A stretch of 64,000 bases of DNA, from assembly GCA_004764695.1 (NCBI GenBank), contig SMSO01000014.1, positions 4,660,845-4,724,844 on the forward strand, written 5' to 3'. Positions 44,748 through 58,800 of this stretch are shown piece by piece. The notes beneath the pieces were generated by a model. The model searched no databases. It was given only the letters and a program-made list of their open reading frames with translations, and was not told the origin of the DNA. The stretch comes from Schizochytrium sp. TIO01 (Eukaryota > Protista > Bigyra: Labyrinthulomycetes). Made by a program: the position numbers and the translations under genes. Each line of letters begins with the position of its first letter. The first letter of the stretch is position 1.

Positions 44748-46031
44748 CTAGTCGATGTGCGCATTGGTAATTTTGCGAGCACGGTTCGTGCGCCGCTTTG
44801 GTTTGCTGGATGTACGAACCTTCCGCTTACGAACTGTTTGTCCACTTTGGGCAAGACGTTCTGCCGTTGTGAGGTTATTTTCTGTGAGTAGGCGGTCCAA
44901 AACCGGGCTTTGCTGAGCACGGTAGTGGTGCTTCTTGCACACCTCGCGCCACAGTTCCTTAACGTCATTAGTACAGCCATGCTTTAGAGCGGTCACGCCT
45001 TCCAAAGGCGTTGCCTCTTTCGCTATCGAAGGATTGATAGGCACCTTGGAGTCAGTAAATACCAATTTATAGTCGCCTTCTTTGGGGGGGCGTGGGGGCT
45101 CTGCTGACGACCGTGAGTACGGCACCTGGTTGCGCTGTAGGCGTTCTACAATGACAGCCAGCTCACGCTCAGGCAACGGTTGAGGCGCCCCGAATGGCTC
45201 ATTAGAGACTCGTAAACATCTAGTTTCGAGCACATCAAGCTCATTCTCTAAGAACGCATCGACAGCATCACGACCAAGGAGTAGCGAGTCTCCGCGGTGA
45301 ATCTCAGGCTGTATATCACACGTTGTCTTCAACACCGATTTGCCTGGCTCCGCAGTGACACGGCCACTCACAGGTACCAGAAATGAAGGACCTCGAGGAA
45401 AGAGCACATAGGGCGAGGTTCCTCCAGCAGCATTCCGGTTTCTCAGAGCAATCACAAGGCCCCAGATGATGGCCTTGTGCACATGTAAAAGAATATCAAT
45501 GGGCCCACAAGCCTTAATCTCCTCCACGGGGATACCGTCGGGGTATTTATCAAGCGCCCTAAGAAGACTAGGGATGTCAAAGACATCAAATCTCGGCTCG
45601 AATTTGATCTCCTTCTTCTCCTTGTCTACGAGAATCATGTCACTCTTCTCAAGACGCTCCAAGAGCTCCTCCTCCACATTGAGGTCGATCTCAAGCTTCT
45701 CACGAATATCTTCGAACGACTGAAATGGGTGCTTGTCGATGCCCTGAAGATACGTGCGAATCTCAAAAAGACGCTTGCTCATAAGCGCAGCAGCGCCTTC
45801 GTCGTCCTCTCCGTCAAGATTTTCGCCATCCTCTCCGTCGACATCCTCACCATCCTCGCTCCCAGTACCTTCGTCCTCATCCTCATTTTCGAGGCCTCTC
45901 ATAGACCTCTCATCCTCCAAGCCTTCGTCGCCGTTGCCATTACTCGAAGTGCCACCATTGCCCAGGTCGCCGCCACGGCCATTCTGACCGCCATCCTCAC
46001 CAACAAAACTTGCTGAGCCCGAGGAGGCCAT
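44748..46031 (-). CDS. TFA2: Transcription initiation factor IIE subunit beta, 427 aa
   Basis: Tandem winged-helix-like region (IKFEPRFDVFDIPSLLRAL...GIPVEEI), followed by VLFP, DVKELWREV and a basic tail ending RKITNAHI, as in TFIIE-beta. Recognised from memory of the family. Confidence 0.75.
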   Translation of the reverse strand: MASSGSASFVGEDGGQNGRGGDLGNGGTSSNGNGDEGLEDERSMRGLENEDEDEGTGSEDGEDVDGEDGENLDGEDDEGAAALMSKRLFEIRTYLQGIDKHPFQSFEDIREKLEIDLNVEEELLERLEKSDMILVDKEKKEIKFEPRFDVFDIPSLLRALDKYPDGIPVEEIKACGPIDILLHVHKAIIWGLVIALRNRNAAGGTSPYVLFPRGPSFLVPVSGRVTAEPGKSVLKTTCDIQPEIHRGDSLLLGRDAVDAFLENELDVLETRCLRVSNEPFGAPQPLPERELAVIVERLQRNQVPYSRSSAEPPRPPKEGDYKLVFTDSKVPINPSIAKEATPLEGVTALKHGCTNDVKELWREVCKKHHYRAQQSPVLDRLLTENNLTTAERLAQSGQTVRKRKVRTSSKPKRRTNRARKITNAHID

Positions 46032-46883
46032 CGGGCGCGATTACTTCAGACACGCACGAACACCTGCCGAGATGCCTGTGAAGCAGCTACAAGCGAGGCC
46101 AAAAAACTAGTTTGCGCAGAACGAATTCGTCGCTTCATCTTCTTCTGCTTCTCCTTCTTCTTACTACTATACCACTTACTACCTGTTTAAGGTAGCTATC
46201 TACCTAGTAGTAGACCCTTGAACTTTTCATGAGATATAATTTGCAAAAGAACAGAACGAACGGAAGGATACCTCTACAAGTGATTACAAGTGTTTTTATG
46301 TTAAATAATAAAATATATTGCAAATAAACAGAAGTTGAGGGGAGGAAGTTGATACTTAGAAGCAACAGATGAAATGCATAAAAAGAGTTCCGCAGTAGTG
46401 AGGATTGGTGTAGATATGAATGAATTAGTAGGTATGATTGTTTGAGAGGGGTGAATACTAGCTACTGCTTTCTCCAGATCACAAACGTGAGTCTGGGTCG
46501 CGGGCGGTGCGCGCTTGCGAGGGGCATCCGAGAAAGCCCAGGCTACGAACGAGCTGCCTAGGGCCTTGTGGGAGCATTGTGTGACGACCGTCAGCGTCTG
46601 GAGAAAGTTTGGTTAGAAATCGAGGGCGTCACGTCGAAGCGGAGGCGCTCTCAGGACCGAAATTTAAGCTTTAACAGGCAGGACTTCACGAAATTGGAAA
46701 ACTTTGCATAACCTCAGAGGATCCTACAAAGGAGGGATACTAATCCGTATTGCTGATGCAAAGAAATCTCGCGCACACACACGGCGGTAACTGAGAGAGA
46801 GAACTTTGTGATAGCCACATTGTGAATTGGATTTCCGACAATCTTGCGTGAACCACCTCTCATCCAAAGTAAGGCTGATCAGG
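46032..46883. promoter_or_regulatory. Probable bidirectional promoter region between TFIIE-beta and DNA-PKcs
   Basis: Head-to-head start codons 852 bp apart, with an AT-rich core near 46290-46330. Confidence 0.55.
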
Positions 46884-49800
46884 ATGGAACAAGACACTGA
46901 AAGTGTACTACGAGAGAAACTCAAGGAACTCTACGATGCTGTCGACAGATCTGACACTTCATTTGACCTTCTTGTGGATGACCTCCAAGATGTTCTGCTG
47001 AGTGTGCCGGAGACATCTCGTGTAGTTTATGATTGCTCCAACCTTCTCTTCACTAGAAATAGTCCACCAGGCATGCTACACTTTCTGGAGAGCAAGATTC
47101 CTCCAGGTGATCTCGTGAGTGATGACAAAGTAGTGGCTAACCTGCGGGCTAAACTTTACTCCTTGTTGGGCCGCTGGATTTCTCGCGTCCGTACCCGAGG
47201 TGTAGTAGACTTTGCACAAGATATAGTGCAGGTAATTTTCCGGGCTTTCAAAGTAGAGACAGCATCCACTCCTCGCCAGACATCGTTAGCTCCGCTACAA
47301 GCCCTTTTCGCCTTGAACGATGTACACTTTGATTCCGAACGCCTCGATATCAAACAGATTGTTACGTTCCTGTTTCGTGAAGCACACTCTGGAGCAAAAG
47401 TTCGTCCAACCGTGAAGAAGGAGTGTCTTGTTACACTCGGAATCTTCATAAGACGATTTCCAAGTATCTTTGCGCAGACTTTTGAACAAATGGAAAGGCC
47501 TTTTGGGGACAAATTGCGCAAGACATGCATTGCAATCCTTCGAAAAAATATAGGTTTTAGTGATGGCAAAGATGAGAAGTTACTCGTGGCAGGCGCCTTT
47601 GCATGTATTCACGATACCCTTAATGACTTTCCAACTGATGATTTAGATGAGCAGAACGATCTCTTTCAGCTTGTCTGCAAAGGTCTAGATATTTATCCAA
47701 ATCAATCCCGATTTGATATTCCCAAATACGCTGCGCTGTTACTTGCAAAACACGTCAATATATTTGCGGATAATGTAATGAATGACCCTGTCGCTATCTA
47801 CAACAAGCTTTATTTGCTGTCACGTTCGAAACATGCAAAAGTTCGAAGCCCAGGATACCGTGGCGCGCTAAGCGTTCTGAAGACTGTAGGCCAACGTCTC
47901 GCTCTTGTGGCAGCTCCAGAAAATGAGGATGGCGAAAAGAAAGTGAAGGCTCGTCAAGTCATGGACCTCTTTATGGGCAATTTTCGCAATATTTTGGATC
48001 ATGCGCGAGATGCCCATGCATCAACTGATTATGCAGCTGGGCTCACAACCCGAGATGTTGAATTGGTTATTAATGGGTATGGTTATTTCGCTAAAGCTGT
48101 GCTTGTCTTCAAGGAAGCAGACACCTTGCGACGTCTTCTGCAACTACTCAAAGATGCAAGCGATACCATTGACCGCAATGAAGATCGATCTGCACCCTCC
48201 TTTCTTAGCACCGAGGCAGTTGTCAGCTCCACCGGTGGCCTGCTTGATAGCAATGATGAGGACAAGCAGGAGTTTGCAAATCTTTCTACAGAAGAAAAGT
48301 ATGATCTTTTGGCTATGCAAAGCGGTGCTGACGCCCGGTTTCTTACCAAACGGAGAATGGAGCAAGTAGTCCGCCACGCTCGCTTTCTTCGTACATATGC
48401 CAGAATTATTGACCAGCTTCCCTCAGAAAAGATTGACGAGCATGACCAAATCTTTATCGACTTCCTTGCACGTGAAGTGCTATTTCTTGGCAAGGCGTTC
48501 CCAATTCTGTATGCCAACGACCGCTACACCGTACTTCGCGCAATTAAAACACTGACAGCATCTCTCCAACCGAAGGGTCTGGCGTTACGACGCTTGTTGG
48601 AACAGGTCATTCGACCCCTGCTTGTCCAATCCTGTGGTACGATACCACGCTCAGGTCCTGTATCTCTATTCAATTCAGACACTGGTGCCCCAGAAACAAG
48701 GTTACTTTTCGCATATGTATACTTGTGGAAATTTCTATTTCCCCAAAACTCAACCAGAACCAGTGGCCAGCAAGCTGATCCAGATATTCAAGAAATTGAA
48801 GGTCAAGCCATGGTTTCCAGACATACTGCTAGCCGGGATAATAGCCGAGCCACATCCGATATAGTCAATAGTGCCATTGGTGTATCCAGCCATACAGGAG
48901 ACGATGATCAAAACGTGGCTCATATAGAGTTCGGGTCCGATGCTAATCGTAGAAGAGAAAATGACGGAGGAGAAGAGCAAGAAGAAGACGATGATGAAGA
49001 TGATAGCGATGAAAACCAAATGATCGCCCAGCCAAAGCATCAGGAGCAAATATTGGATCATTTCATTCAAGTGGTGTCCAAGATGACGCAAGCATTAAAT
49101 CTCTCTCTTCGGCCAAGGACACCAGAGGAAGAAGGCGCGGGAGCTGAAGATTTTGAACCGGATGATCAGGACGAAGTTCTTGGCCAAGTTGTTTCAAGCG
49201 CAGCTAATGCAGAGAAACTTGTGCCAGAGAAACCACATCAATATCTTACGTTTCTCAACCTTGTTGAGCTTTGCAGCCGAGTGCTCCCTCCCACATATGC
49301 GTCTGTTGATGTTGACAAGCTTGTCAAGTGGGCGCCTGTTCTTGCTCAGGTTATTCTTGAACGCTCGGCAATATTTCCTTTGGTAAGCGGTTTTTACAAG
49401 CTCATGCGAATTGTTTTCAGTATACCTGGGGAAAATTATTATGAGAATGCTCATCGTCTTTTGGATATGGCATTTTTACGTGCTAAGCAGTACCAAGATG
49501 AACTCTTTAGTGCTTGTCTTCAGTGTATTCTGTCAGCCCCCGTCGAGATTGTACGTTCACGGTATCCCCAATTTGAAGCTGCAGCTATCTCAGCTCTCGT
49601 CATGGGCGGCCGCTCTTGGCCCGACCTCGCTGCCCAGACTATTGAGGCTGTGGAAAACTGGTTTCAAGTCGGAATCTTAGACTCGGCTGCTTTAAAACGT
49701 ATTCTTCCTCACTTAGGCAAATTTCTTTCGTTCAAGGCGCAAACCAATACTGGAAAGCTCAGAACCTTTGAAACCCAAGCAGAACGTTCTCGTCGCCTTA

Positions 49801-52800
49801 AAGGTGGCAGAGGTCATGGCAGTGTAGGGGAAGGTGTTGGTGCTGACATGGATGCCCTGGATTTGCGCATTGTCGAATTTCTAGGTCGAATTGGAGGAAT
49901 GAATCGCTTTGTGTTACCCTCTGTGGAGGATTCTTTGGCAGAAGGATTTCGTTGGGATACCCAACCTCGAGTAGCGTATAACTTTAGATTTGTCGAGCAA
50001 GTTCTTCACGTTCAACTTGACGATCTTGTTCCCCGTGCACTTGACCTTGCACGAAACGCACCCCAACGTCAAGTGAAAGTAGCTGCATGCGAATTCTTGC
50101 ACGCTTTGGTACTCTATATGGTAGGGAGATCGCACGAAACATCACGTGGAGGGAGCGAAGCTGGCTCACTTGGCGCAATTTACCGCCATCTATTCCCAGG
50201 ACTGCTTCATCTTGCTGTAGACACTGAAGGTGTTGCCCGTCAATTGTTTAAACCTCTCGTTCTGCAACTTGCAGCCTGGTTTGCACATCATACCGAAACA
50301 GAAAACGCCGAGACAGTTGCACTTCTTGAGGCTGCCATGGACAACCTCAAGTCTAAATCCGGAGGCAGCTTGCGAGATATGTGCGCTCAGGTTGTTGGAA
50401 TCTTCTTCAAGTGGTCAGTCAAGACGCGTCGACATGGACAGGGTACACGCTCCTCAAATGTCCGTTCCTTGCTTAGACGAATATACTTTCTTATGCGGCA
50501 TCCGGACCCGTATCAGCGCCTTGGAGCTTGCCTTGCGTTTGATAATATCTACAAAGAGTTTCGCGAAAATTCTGATCTTGTTGACGAAAATGTTCTCGAA
50601 CTACTCGACAACGCTATGGCATGCCTCCGTCTTGCACACCGAGATGAAGATGCAATTGGCACCACTACCATGGCAGAACGTGTGGTAAACCGTCTGTGTC
50701 GCATCATAGTGCGCCGTGCAAGTATCTTGGCAATGCCAACCATGGACTCCAGTAGTCATCGGCGACGATTTGTAGATCTACAGGAAGTGATTCGCTGGCT
50801 TTTTGAGAGAATTTCACGTCGCGAACATGCCTATCGCCGAAAAGCTCGAGAACTTTTCCACATTTTCGTTCGAGTGGTAGACCGGGAACATAAAGACGCG
50901 GTGCAGCTTTGGCTTCAGAACTATAAAATTCGACAGCCCCCAGCAGTACCCAAGAAGGGAGATGGAGACTATATTGAAAACAAGGACTATCTGATGCCAT
51001 ATCAACTTTCAACTGTCAACAAAGTTCCTGCGTCTCCAGAAGAAGCAAGAAACGCAGGCTCTCGGTGTGGTGTATGGCTTGATGACCTTACAGGACGAGT
51101 TGATGCAACACATTGGCTTTTGCGTCAACAAGCTATTGGTTCATTTGAAGAAACTCTTCCGTTGCTATCATCCCTTGATGCTGCTGCGGAGCACTTGCTT
51201 GCAGATCCTAACAATGCATCGTCTTATTCTCGAGCCACGGTATCATCTTTTGTTCAAACCAACACAACTCTTATCCGTGACTTGATCGACGCGATGCCGC
51301 AGCAAAATGACTTTACCTGTCTACGCAATATACTCACCTTGCTCATTCGACTTGTTCTCGAACCTGTCAACCCACAACGCGGTTTCGATCGTGATAATGT
51401 GAGGGTGCAACAAACCTTTTTGCCTGCTATGGAGCGGCTTCTCGCAAGCATAGCACAACATAAGCCATTACTTCAGCAGCTGAAGGCTATGCGTGATCAT
51501 ATCATGCAGAGCGAACACCATGATACTGTTATACCTGAAGAAGGCTTATCAGATGATGAAGTTGGTTGCCGCACAATGCTTCGAGGCCATCGTATGCTTT
51601 TGCGCGCTGGTCTTAACTTTCTGGAAGACCCCCAAGGGACATGTGATCGGCTGCGGGAAGTCGTAATTCAACTTGGAGATGACCCATCCCCACTCGAGCT
51701 TCGATCTGGTGCGGCGGCCTTTGATCTTGCAATGGACCTTGGATGGAAATCAGATGGTGTAATACGAGATGCTCTTGAGATTTCGAGCTTTTACGCTAAT
51801 TTTCAGGAAACCATTTTGCATACGCTGCTTGCGAAAGACGCATGGTCTTCTGCATCATCTTTAGTTTTTGTAATGGTTACGGAACAACAGAACGGGCTTT
51901 GCGAAAACGCATTAGAACTTCTTATTGCTGCAGCTGATGAGATTACTGCGCGTGTAAATGTCCTCGGAAATCAAGCAGACGCACTTGTCGCTGCATTGGA
52001 TTTTGTAGACGACTGTATTCATGCCCTGCATTTGCTTCTCATAGACGAGAAAACTACCCAAAGCCATCCAAATATAGATTCTTTTTGGCAAAAGATTGGC
52101 ACTTTTCTTGGACGCCTACTTCGTCTCAATCCACAACCGTTCCATCATGCAACCTATGATTCGCCTTTGGAAGCTAAGTATCTCGAAACTACTCTCACAA
52201 TCATGAAAAAGCTATTGGCACCTGACCTCTCTGTTACTGCCAAAGTTGATGCATGTACAATGCTTCCTGTGCTATTCCGGGGTCTTTCCACATCAGCTCC
52301 AGTGAAATGGCGGGATTATAAACCTGAGCTACCCGGAACCCCACAATATCAACCATCTGTTTTAGAAACCGAAATTCTTGAGCTTCTGAAAACGTCAGTG
52401 ATTAGTAAGCATTTTCCTTTAGGCGAGCACGCACAATTGACTGATGCAGAGCGTGATGACTTTGTTTTACTACTCAAAGCCCTCTTCATGGCGCTGGAAA
52501 AATCAGGCTCTGTGTCTATTCTGCAACTTCTCTGTCGTCAATTAAGAGATGGTAAAGAGCATGTTTATGCGAGCCAAATCACAGAACATTTAGCAAACAT
52601 GGTCTCTATCCTTGATGTTTTTAGTGGCGACCCTGGAAGTGAACCAGCGCTAGTGATGTGTCGAGAGTGCATTAATAAGATTTTCTCGGATTCAGAGCAT
52701 GACAAACTTTTGCGAAACACCTTTATGTCAATGATTCTGCTGCCTCTTCTTCAGCGCATTGGACCTATATCCTGGATTGCTTGGCTTGCCGAGGATGACT

Positions 52801-55800
52801 ACGCCCTGCTAATGAGGCTCACTGGACCTTTGCTGAGGCACATGGAAACTCCTAGAAATGACAATGAATCGCGAGAGACGCGGGCTAGCGCGTTGGATAT
52901 TTTACAAGTATTGTATAACTCTTTGAGTAAAACACAACTCGACAGATGCTTCTCAGTGAAATTCCCGAATCGCAATATTACCAAAGAACTTTGTGTGTTT
53001 AGCAAAACTGAGCTGAGTTCTCTGGCCAGGGAAGCACAGAGAGATCTAGCATTAGCTATATCTGCCGCAGATGGATCTTCAGCAACTTCCAATGCCACTA
53101 CCTCAAACGATTCCGCTGTTCTCATTCGAGCTCTTAAAACTCAACACCGCACCTACGCGAACTCTGTATTTCAGTTCATGTGTGTTGCAGTGGCTCGTAC
53201 ACAGTCAAAGGCTAATGTCATGGAACGACTAGTTTTCCAGCTAGGTCTTTCAGGCATGTGGGAAGCTCTCATTCCACTCCGTCACAACCTTGCTGAGGAA
53301 CCCATATTCACGGTTGAATCTAAATTTAATTCGAGTAGGCTTAGCGTAGAAAACCTTCTTAACAACTCAGAGTTTGAAGGACTTCCTGTGAAGGCATTCC
53401 GGGTGTCCTCTACCTTCAGTAGCACACATATGACCCAGTATTCGTTTGCTCCTCCTGACAATGTCAGTGGTGCAAACTTAAATAGCATGATGATTGGAGA
53501 TGGTGCGAGTCCTCCCGACGACAAGGACTCAAACGCCGCACTGGACATGGATATTGACATTGACGAAGATGGCGCCATTCGTAATGAACCAAAATCAAGC
53601 GCAGAGAAACAAAAAGAGGATGTAACCTCCAACGAATTCACTTTGGACGATGATGAATACCCGACAGAAAGTGCTGTTTCAGCTGAGTGTGCAGCTGATG
53701 AGGACGAAAAATTGGAACTAGACTCTGTTAATCGACTTCCTTGCATGACTGGTGCTTTAGCAGTTTTAGATGTCATGCGTAAAAAGGACCTTTTGAATTG
53801 GACAAACAGTGATTCGATCCCGACATTGGGAAATGATTTACCAATGTGGGTTGGTGCAGTTCTCGCTGCTCTCACAGCTGGTGTAGATGAAGCAGCAAGA
53901 TTTAGTAACGATACAACAGTTGATACAGCGACTCAAAATAGCGGACGCTGTGCACTCAATACGCGACTGTTTGGTTTAAAACTACTTATGAACCGTCCAA
54001 CGTTATTCGCACCGTTTGCAAGGAGCTTGCTGCTTCCGGCTCTTCAGGTTTTGCTAGATCTAGAGGCCCCTTATCGAGCTGATGAAGCTGAAAATAACAG
54101 AAGAGGATTTCACTACCTTCTTCGTGATTTCTGTGTCCTCGTTGGCCGCTGGGAACGTGCCACTGGCGGCTGCTGTCGATTTGACAATTATGACCAAGAT
54201 GCTTGGAACAAAGCTAGTGACTTCATTCACCTTCTCATGAAACGTGCACCAAGCCAGTCCAAGACAATTATGATGGCAAATCTTCAGCTGATAAGTATGT
54301 TGATTGGCTTTTGGAAGAAGCCAGCAAACGAAAAGGAGCATACAAGTTCGTCTGGCGTGAGGATAGAGCGGCGGACAATTTGCAAACAGTTTCTAGCAGG
54401 CTCTGGTGCAAATGATCGACACAATGCCTCTGCATTTCGTTCAAACACCATTCAACGTCACGCAGGACTCAATTTACTTGGTATTATTGTGGCACATGGG
54501 TACGACCCTCTTGGAGATGTTAACTTTTCTGCCGAGCACAAGGAAAAGTTCTTACTGGGACTTGCAAAGAATCTTCGATGGAAGGACAAACGTCTGAGCT
54601 TAGTAGCTGCGGAAGTCTGCGGTCAAGTTCTCAATTCCCTCGAAGATAATCACCTTATTGAACATTTCACAGGCTCTATTTGCAAAAATTTGAAAAGTTG
54701 GATGGACGAGTCTCGCAGAGACCTCTGGCTTGCAATATTTGCTACCCTAGTTACCCCGGCTGAAGAGTCAACGAGGGCAAAGTTTGCGAAAGTTATGTCC
54801 AGAGATAATCTTGGGACACTCTTGCGCGTATTTTCCACACAACTGGGGGCAAACTCGCAAGAAATGGCCTTAAAGCTCCTCGAAAAATTTCTTGCGCAAG
54901 ACGATGTGTATTATGTTTGTCCACCCCATTTGCTGAACGCAGACATGAAGCAGCAAGAAGAGTATGAACAAGAGTGTGCGAGCCGAGAAAGTCGAGCAAT
55001 TTCAGCTGCAAATGAGCCCAGGATGGCAGACTTAACTCCAGAGGATATATTTTCAGGTTTAAAACCTGGTCTCAATCGTGCATTGGCCCTACGTTCTGAA
55101 TCTGCCTCGTCTGTCACATGCACTTTACGAATCCTCCGAGCATTGGTCGCAGGTATGAGTCGTACTTCTCAGGGGTTCTCTCCAGTTCAATGGGCAGATG
55201 ATGAAGTTGCACGTAAGGTCGTACAAGTTGCCCGTGGCCATGTGTCACCCATTGCACGTCGTCAGGCCTATCGATTACTGACCTGGCTTTATAGTGAGTT
55301 CGAACCTCTTCGTGCCCAAAAGATTATTCGTGTTGCGCTGGCAACAGGCTTGGGCGACCCGGATCAAGATATTCGTAATGAGCTTTTTAGCTTTTGGGAT
55401 CATGAAAACCGATTACCAAACCATTCCCCACTGGACCGCTTCATCCATTGCTTACAAGATCTCAAACCTGTTGTTACTGACTCTGGGCTTTCATCAGAAG
55501 GAAATCTTCAAATTGCCAACAAATCATCATGGGTTGGCCATGTTGCCGGCTTGATGTTAGCAAGTATCCGAAAAATGAATCGATACAATGCTCCGGCTGG
55601 CGACGAGCCCGAACGAATGATCAACACAAGCCTAGAAGAAAATATCCGCTTTCAAACTCTTCGAGTGGACGCCTCCTGGCAAAACTCTCAATACGGTCGT
55701 GGAGAAGGTGCGTCCTCCAGTTCCCAACCCCTTGCCCCTTTGTTTTCTCAAAGCACACTGAGTGCTTCGCAGAACCCTACGCAAGGTTTTGGCCTTGCGC

Positions 55801-58800
55801 CGGTAGGAATGATTCGGGCCACTCAGGATGCAGCTGATCTGCTTTTCACACCTACATTATCTTCTACACAGTTTGGTGACCTTGGTTACATGGGTACTCA
55901 AGCCGGTCTTGCTACTACCATGGCACCAAGTACGCAAGTTCGTGCATCAGGTAACAAGCGTCGGCGTATTGTCCAGGGTGGTATTGCCATGGACAAGCGC
56001 ATGACTGTACCTGTTCTCTCGCAAGATGTATTTACAAAATCCTTTCCGGTTCCTGCAAGTCGGGTATCTACATCTCAGGTTAAACGTGATCAGGATGATG
56101 ATGACATGGAGATTGATGAGGACAATGATGATGATGACAACGCTACCCAATATGACCAAGATCGTTATGGTAAAAAGATCAATGCTTTGGCTGATCAAGG
56201 CAATGGCCAGGCTCATCGGCGGTTACCAGTGGGCGCACAGGTAGTCAAGACAACACAATCGCAAGCGAAGGATGGCAGTCAAGAAAACCAAAACTCTCGA
56301 GGAACATTTGGCATGGGCGGTGCCTTACCAAGCTGGCTTGAGCGCCGACGCTTTGACCCTAAGAGATATGGTTTGGCTGCGTCTGATCCATCAGCGCGCC
56401 AAATCGGTGGGGATAACAGCTGGCAAGCAAGAGAAAATACCGCAAGCATATTTCGAAATGATGCTTATCTGGACAGACGAAAACGACAAGCAAAGCGGAA
56501 AAAGGAGCGCCTTCTGCAAGCTGGTAAGGTGCGTTTATATCGAACTTACCGGGCCGGTGAAATCCCAGATGTACAAATTCCAGTCAAAGACATGGTTGAA
56601 CCCATGATTGCTGTCTGTACGATGGACTCTCGTTCTGCACAAGAAGTTCTCGTGAGTATTCTTCGAGGTATTTGTGATCGGATCCTTGGACCCGAAGCAC
56701 AATTCCGAGCACTTATTTCTTCTAATCCAACTAGAACTCCTATGATGTGCCTTCAACAGCTGCTTTCTGCGATGCAGACACTTTTAGAAGAAGCGCACGC
56801 TCTACCCGATGTTGTTGATTGCATGGAGTCACTCATTGTGGTTGTCAACGAAGCAATTGACCGCGCTGACACTAGCTTCCTGGAGAACAACTTAGAGGAC
56901 AGCTCTGGAAAGCGTATGCCAAAGGTGCTTACAGATGCTGCTATCATAGCAAGGTGCGTAGCTTCTGGTATCCTTGCAATGGAAAGTACAATTCTGCGAA
57001 CCCGACGTTGTGCAAGGCGTATGGGTCAAGTTGATAGGGGTGACGCTATCATACAAAGCTATTGGCTTGAACTACTCCGCCTTTACGAGGCTTTGGGGGA
57101 GCAGGACGTATTGCGTGGCATCCTCTCAAGTGCATTAAAAGATGATCGTGCTCTCGAGGCCCTGAAACTACAGGAGACTCTGGAGCTAAAACCTGCTGCT
57201 GATTTGTACTTGGAACTGATTCGCAAAGAGTACGGCGAGTCATCTAATACCCATAGCGCTGACCAGAAAAAACTCCGTTACCTATGGCAAGCACGAATTG
57301 ACTGTCTCATGCTTGACCGACGCTGGAATAGCCTCTTGGATGACCTTCTTGGAGAGGCTCAGACTGCTTTGAGTGGTTGGAATTCGGATGAAGGCTCGCG
57401 AGAAGCGCTAGTTCGTCGAGCGAGACTGGTGGAGACGGCACCTGAGCTGCCCATGGGCCTCTGGGAGGAGAATCGTTACTCCACACACGTTCTTCCTTAT
57501 CTTCATGTTGCACTTCATGATGAGCGCGAGATATCTCGAGCCTCAAATTTTGTACAACATGTTCTGAGAAGTGAGCAATCAATTCTTGAACAAGCGGACC
57601 ATGATATCGCAGAGCGCATGCTAAGGTCCGAAGACCGTCGAGCATGGATTGCCCGTTGGGCACCAGTTGATCTCACGTTGTATGAATTACAACAAAACAG
57701 CTTTGTCGCTGCCAGGGCGCGTGTAGAAGCTTGTCTTAGCGAGTTTGCAACCTCGTGGTCAAGCATTGGTGAGTTTGGACGCTCAGCGAAACGTACATTA
57801 CTGCGACCATTAATGTCCTTGATGGATCTGCGTTCTTATTTCCAAGCTCGAGATAGTATGGTGAGTATTGGATTTGAGAAATCTCAAAGTCTCTGTACTC
57901 TCGATAACCTTATTCGGCACTGGCAGATTTCCAAACCAGCTACCACTTTTGATAATGCAAGTGTGTGGGAGTCTGTAAAATTCACTCGATTGCAGGCATT
58001 GTCAGCGCTAGGGCGAGAATTTGTAGAACGTGCTCAAGAGACTGATCGAAGTATTGTTTATGATGAAGTAAACAAGCGTATGCATGAGTTCGGTTGTGCC
58101 TCTATGCTCGAAGACGCAGCTGCTTTGACAGCTCAACGTCATTTTAGTCTCGCCAAAAGTGATATTCGTGCTGTAAAACAGCGACTTGATGCGCAACGAA
58201 AGGATGGTAAATCCAACTTGCATCTTGAGCTCATGGCATATAAGACTGAAGTGGAGCACCTTTTAAGCAAAACCCTGTCGCGGCGTAGCACACTCGAACA
58301 GACTCGCAAGGACATCAAAAGCGCACTGCGGTTAGTCAACAATGCGGATATTCTTGCAGAGTCTTGGTCTGGCCCAGAGCTTCTTCTACAGGGCCGACTT
58401 TCCGCTGCGGTGCAGTCACGTGCTACGGAGATTCATTTGGCAAATCATTCTCAGAGTGAAATGATCAGTAGTGGCAGTGAAGTACAAAAGCATGCTGCTT
58501 TAGCTTATACAGCATATAAGAGCCTTTCTGAGACCTCAGAGGAGCGTTTGGCACTCGCTGATTTTCTCGATAGCATGTTACGTGCTTACGCTGGAGCTAG
58601 TCTTGTGACCCCAGTTGTATTTCTGGGGGAACAAAGTACCCTGGAAGATTTGGCACTGGTCTTTGTTGGCGAGGTTTTGCGAGGCGCAAAAGAAGGTGCT
58701 TTGCGAGCCATAGATCTCTTACCGCGGGTTCTATCGTTGTTGACACAATTTGGAACACAAGTTGATCGAATGTGCCAGATATTCCTCGAAAAGAGTAGAG

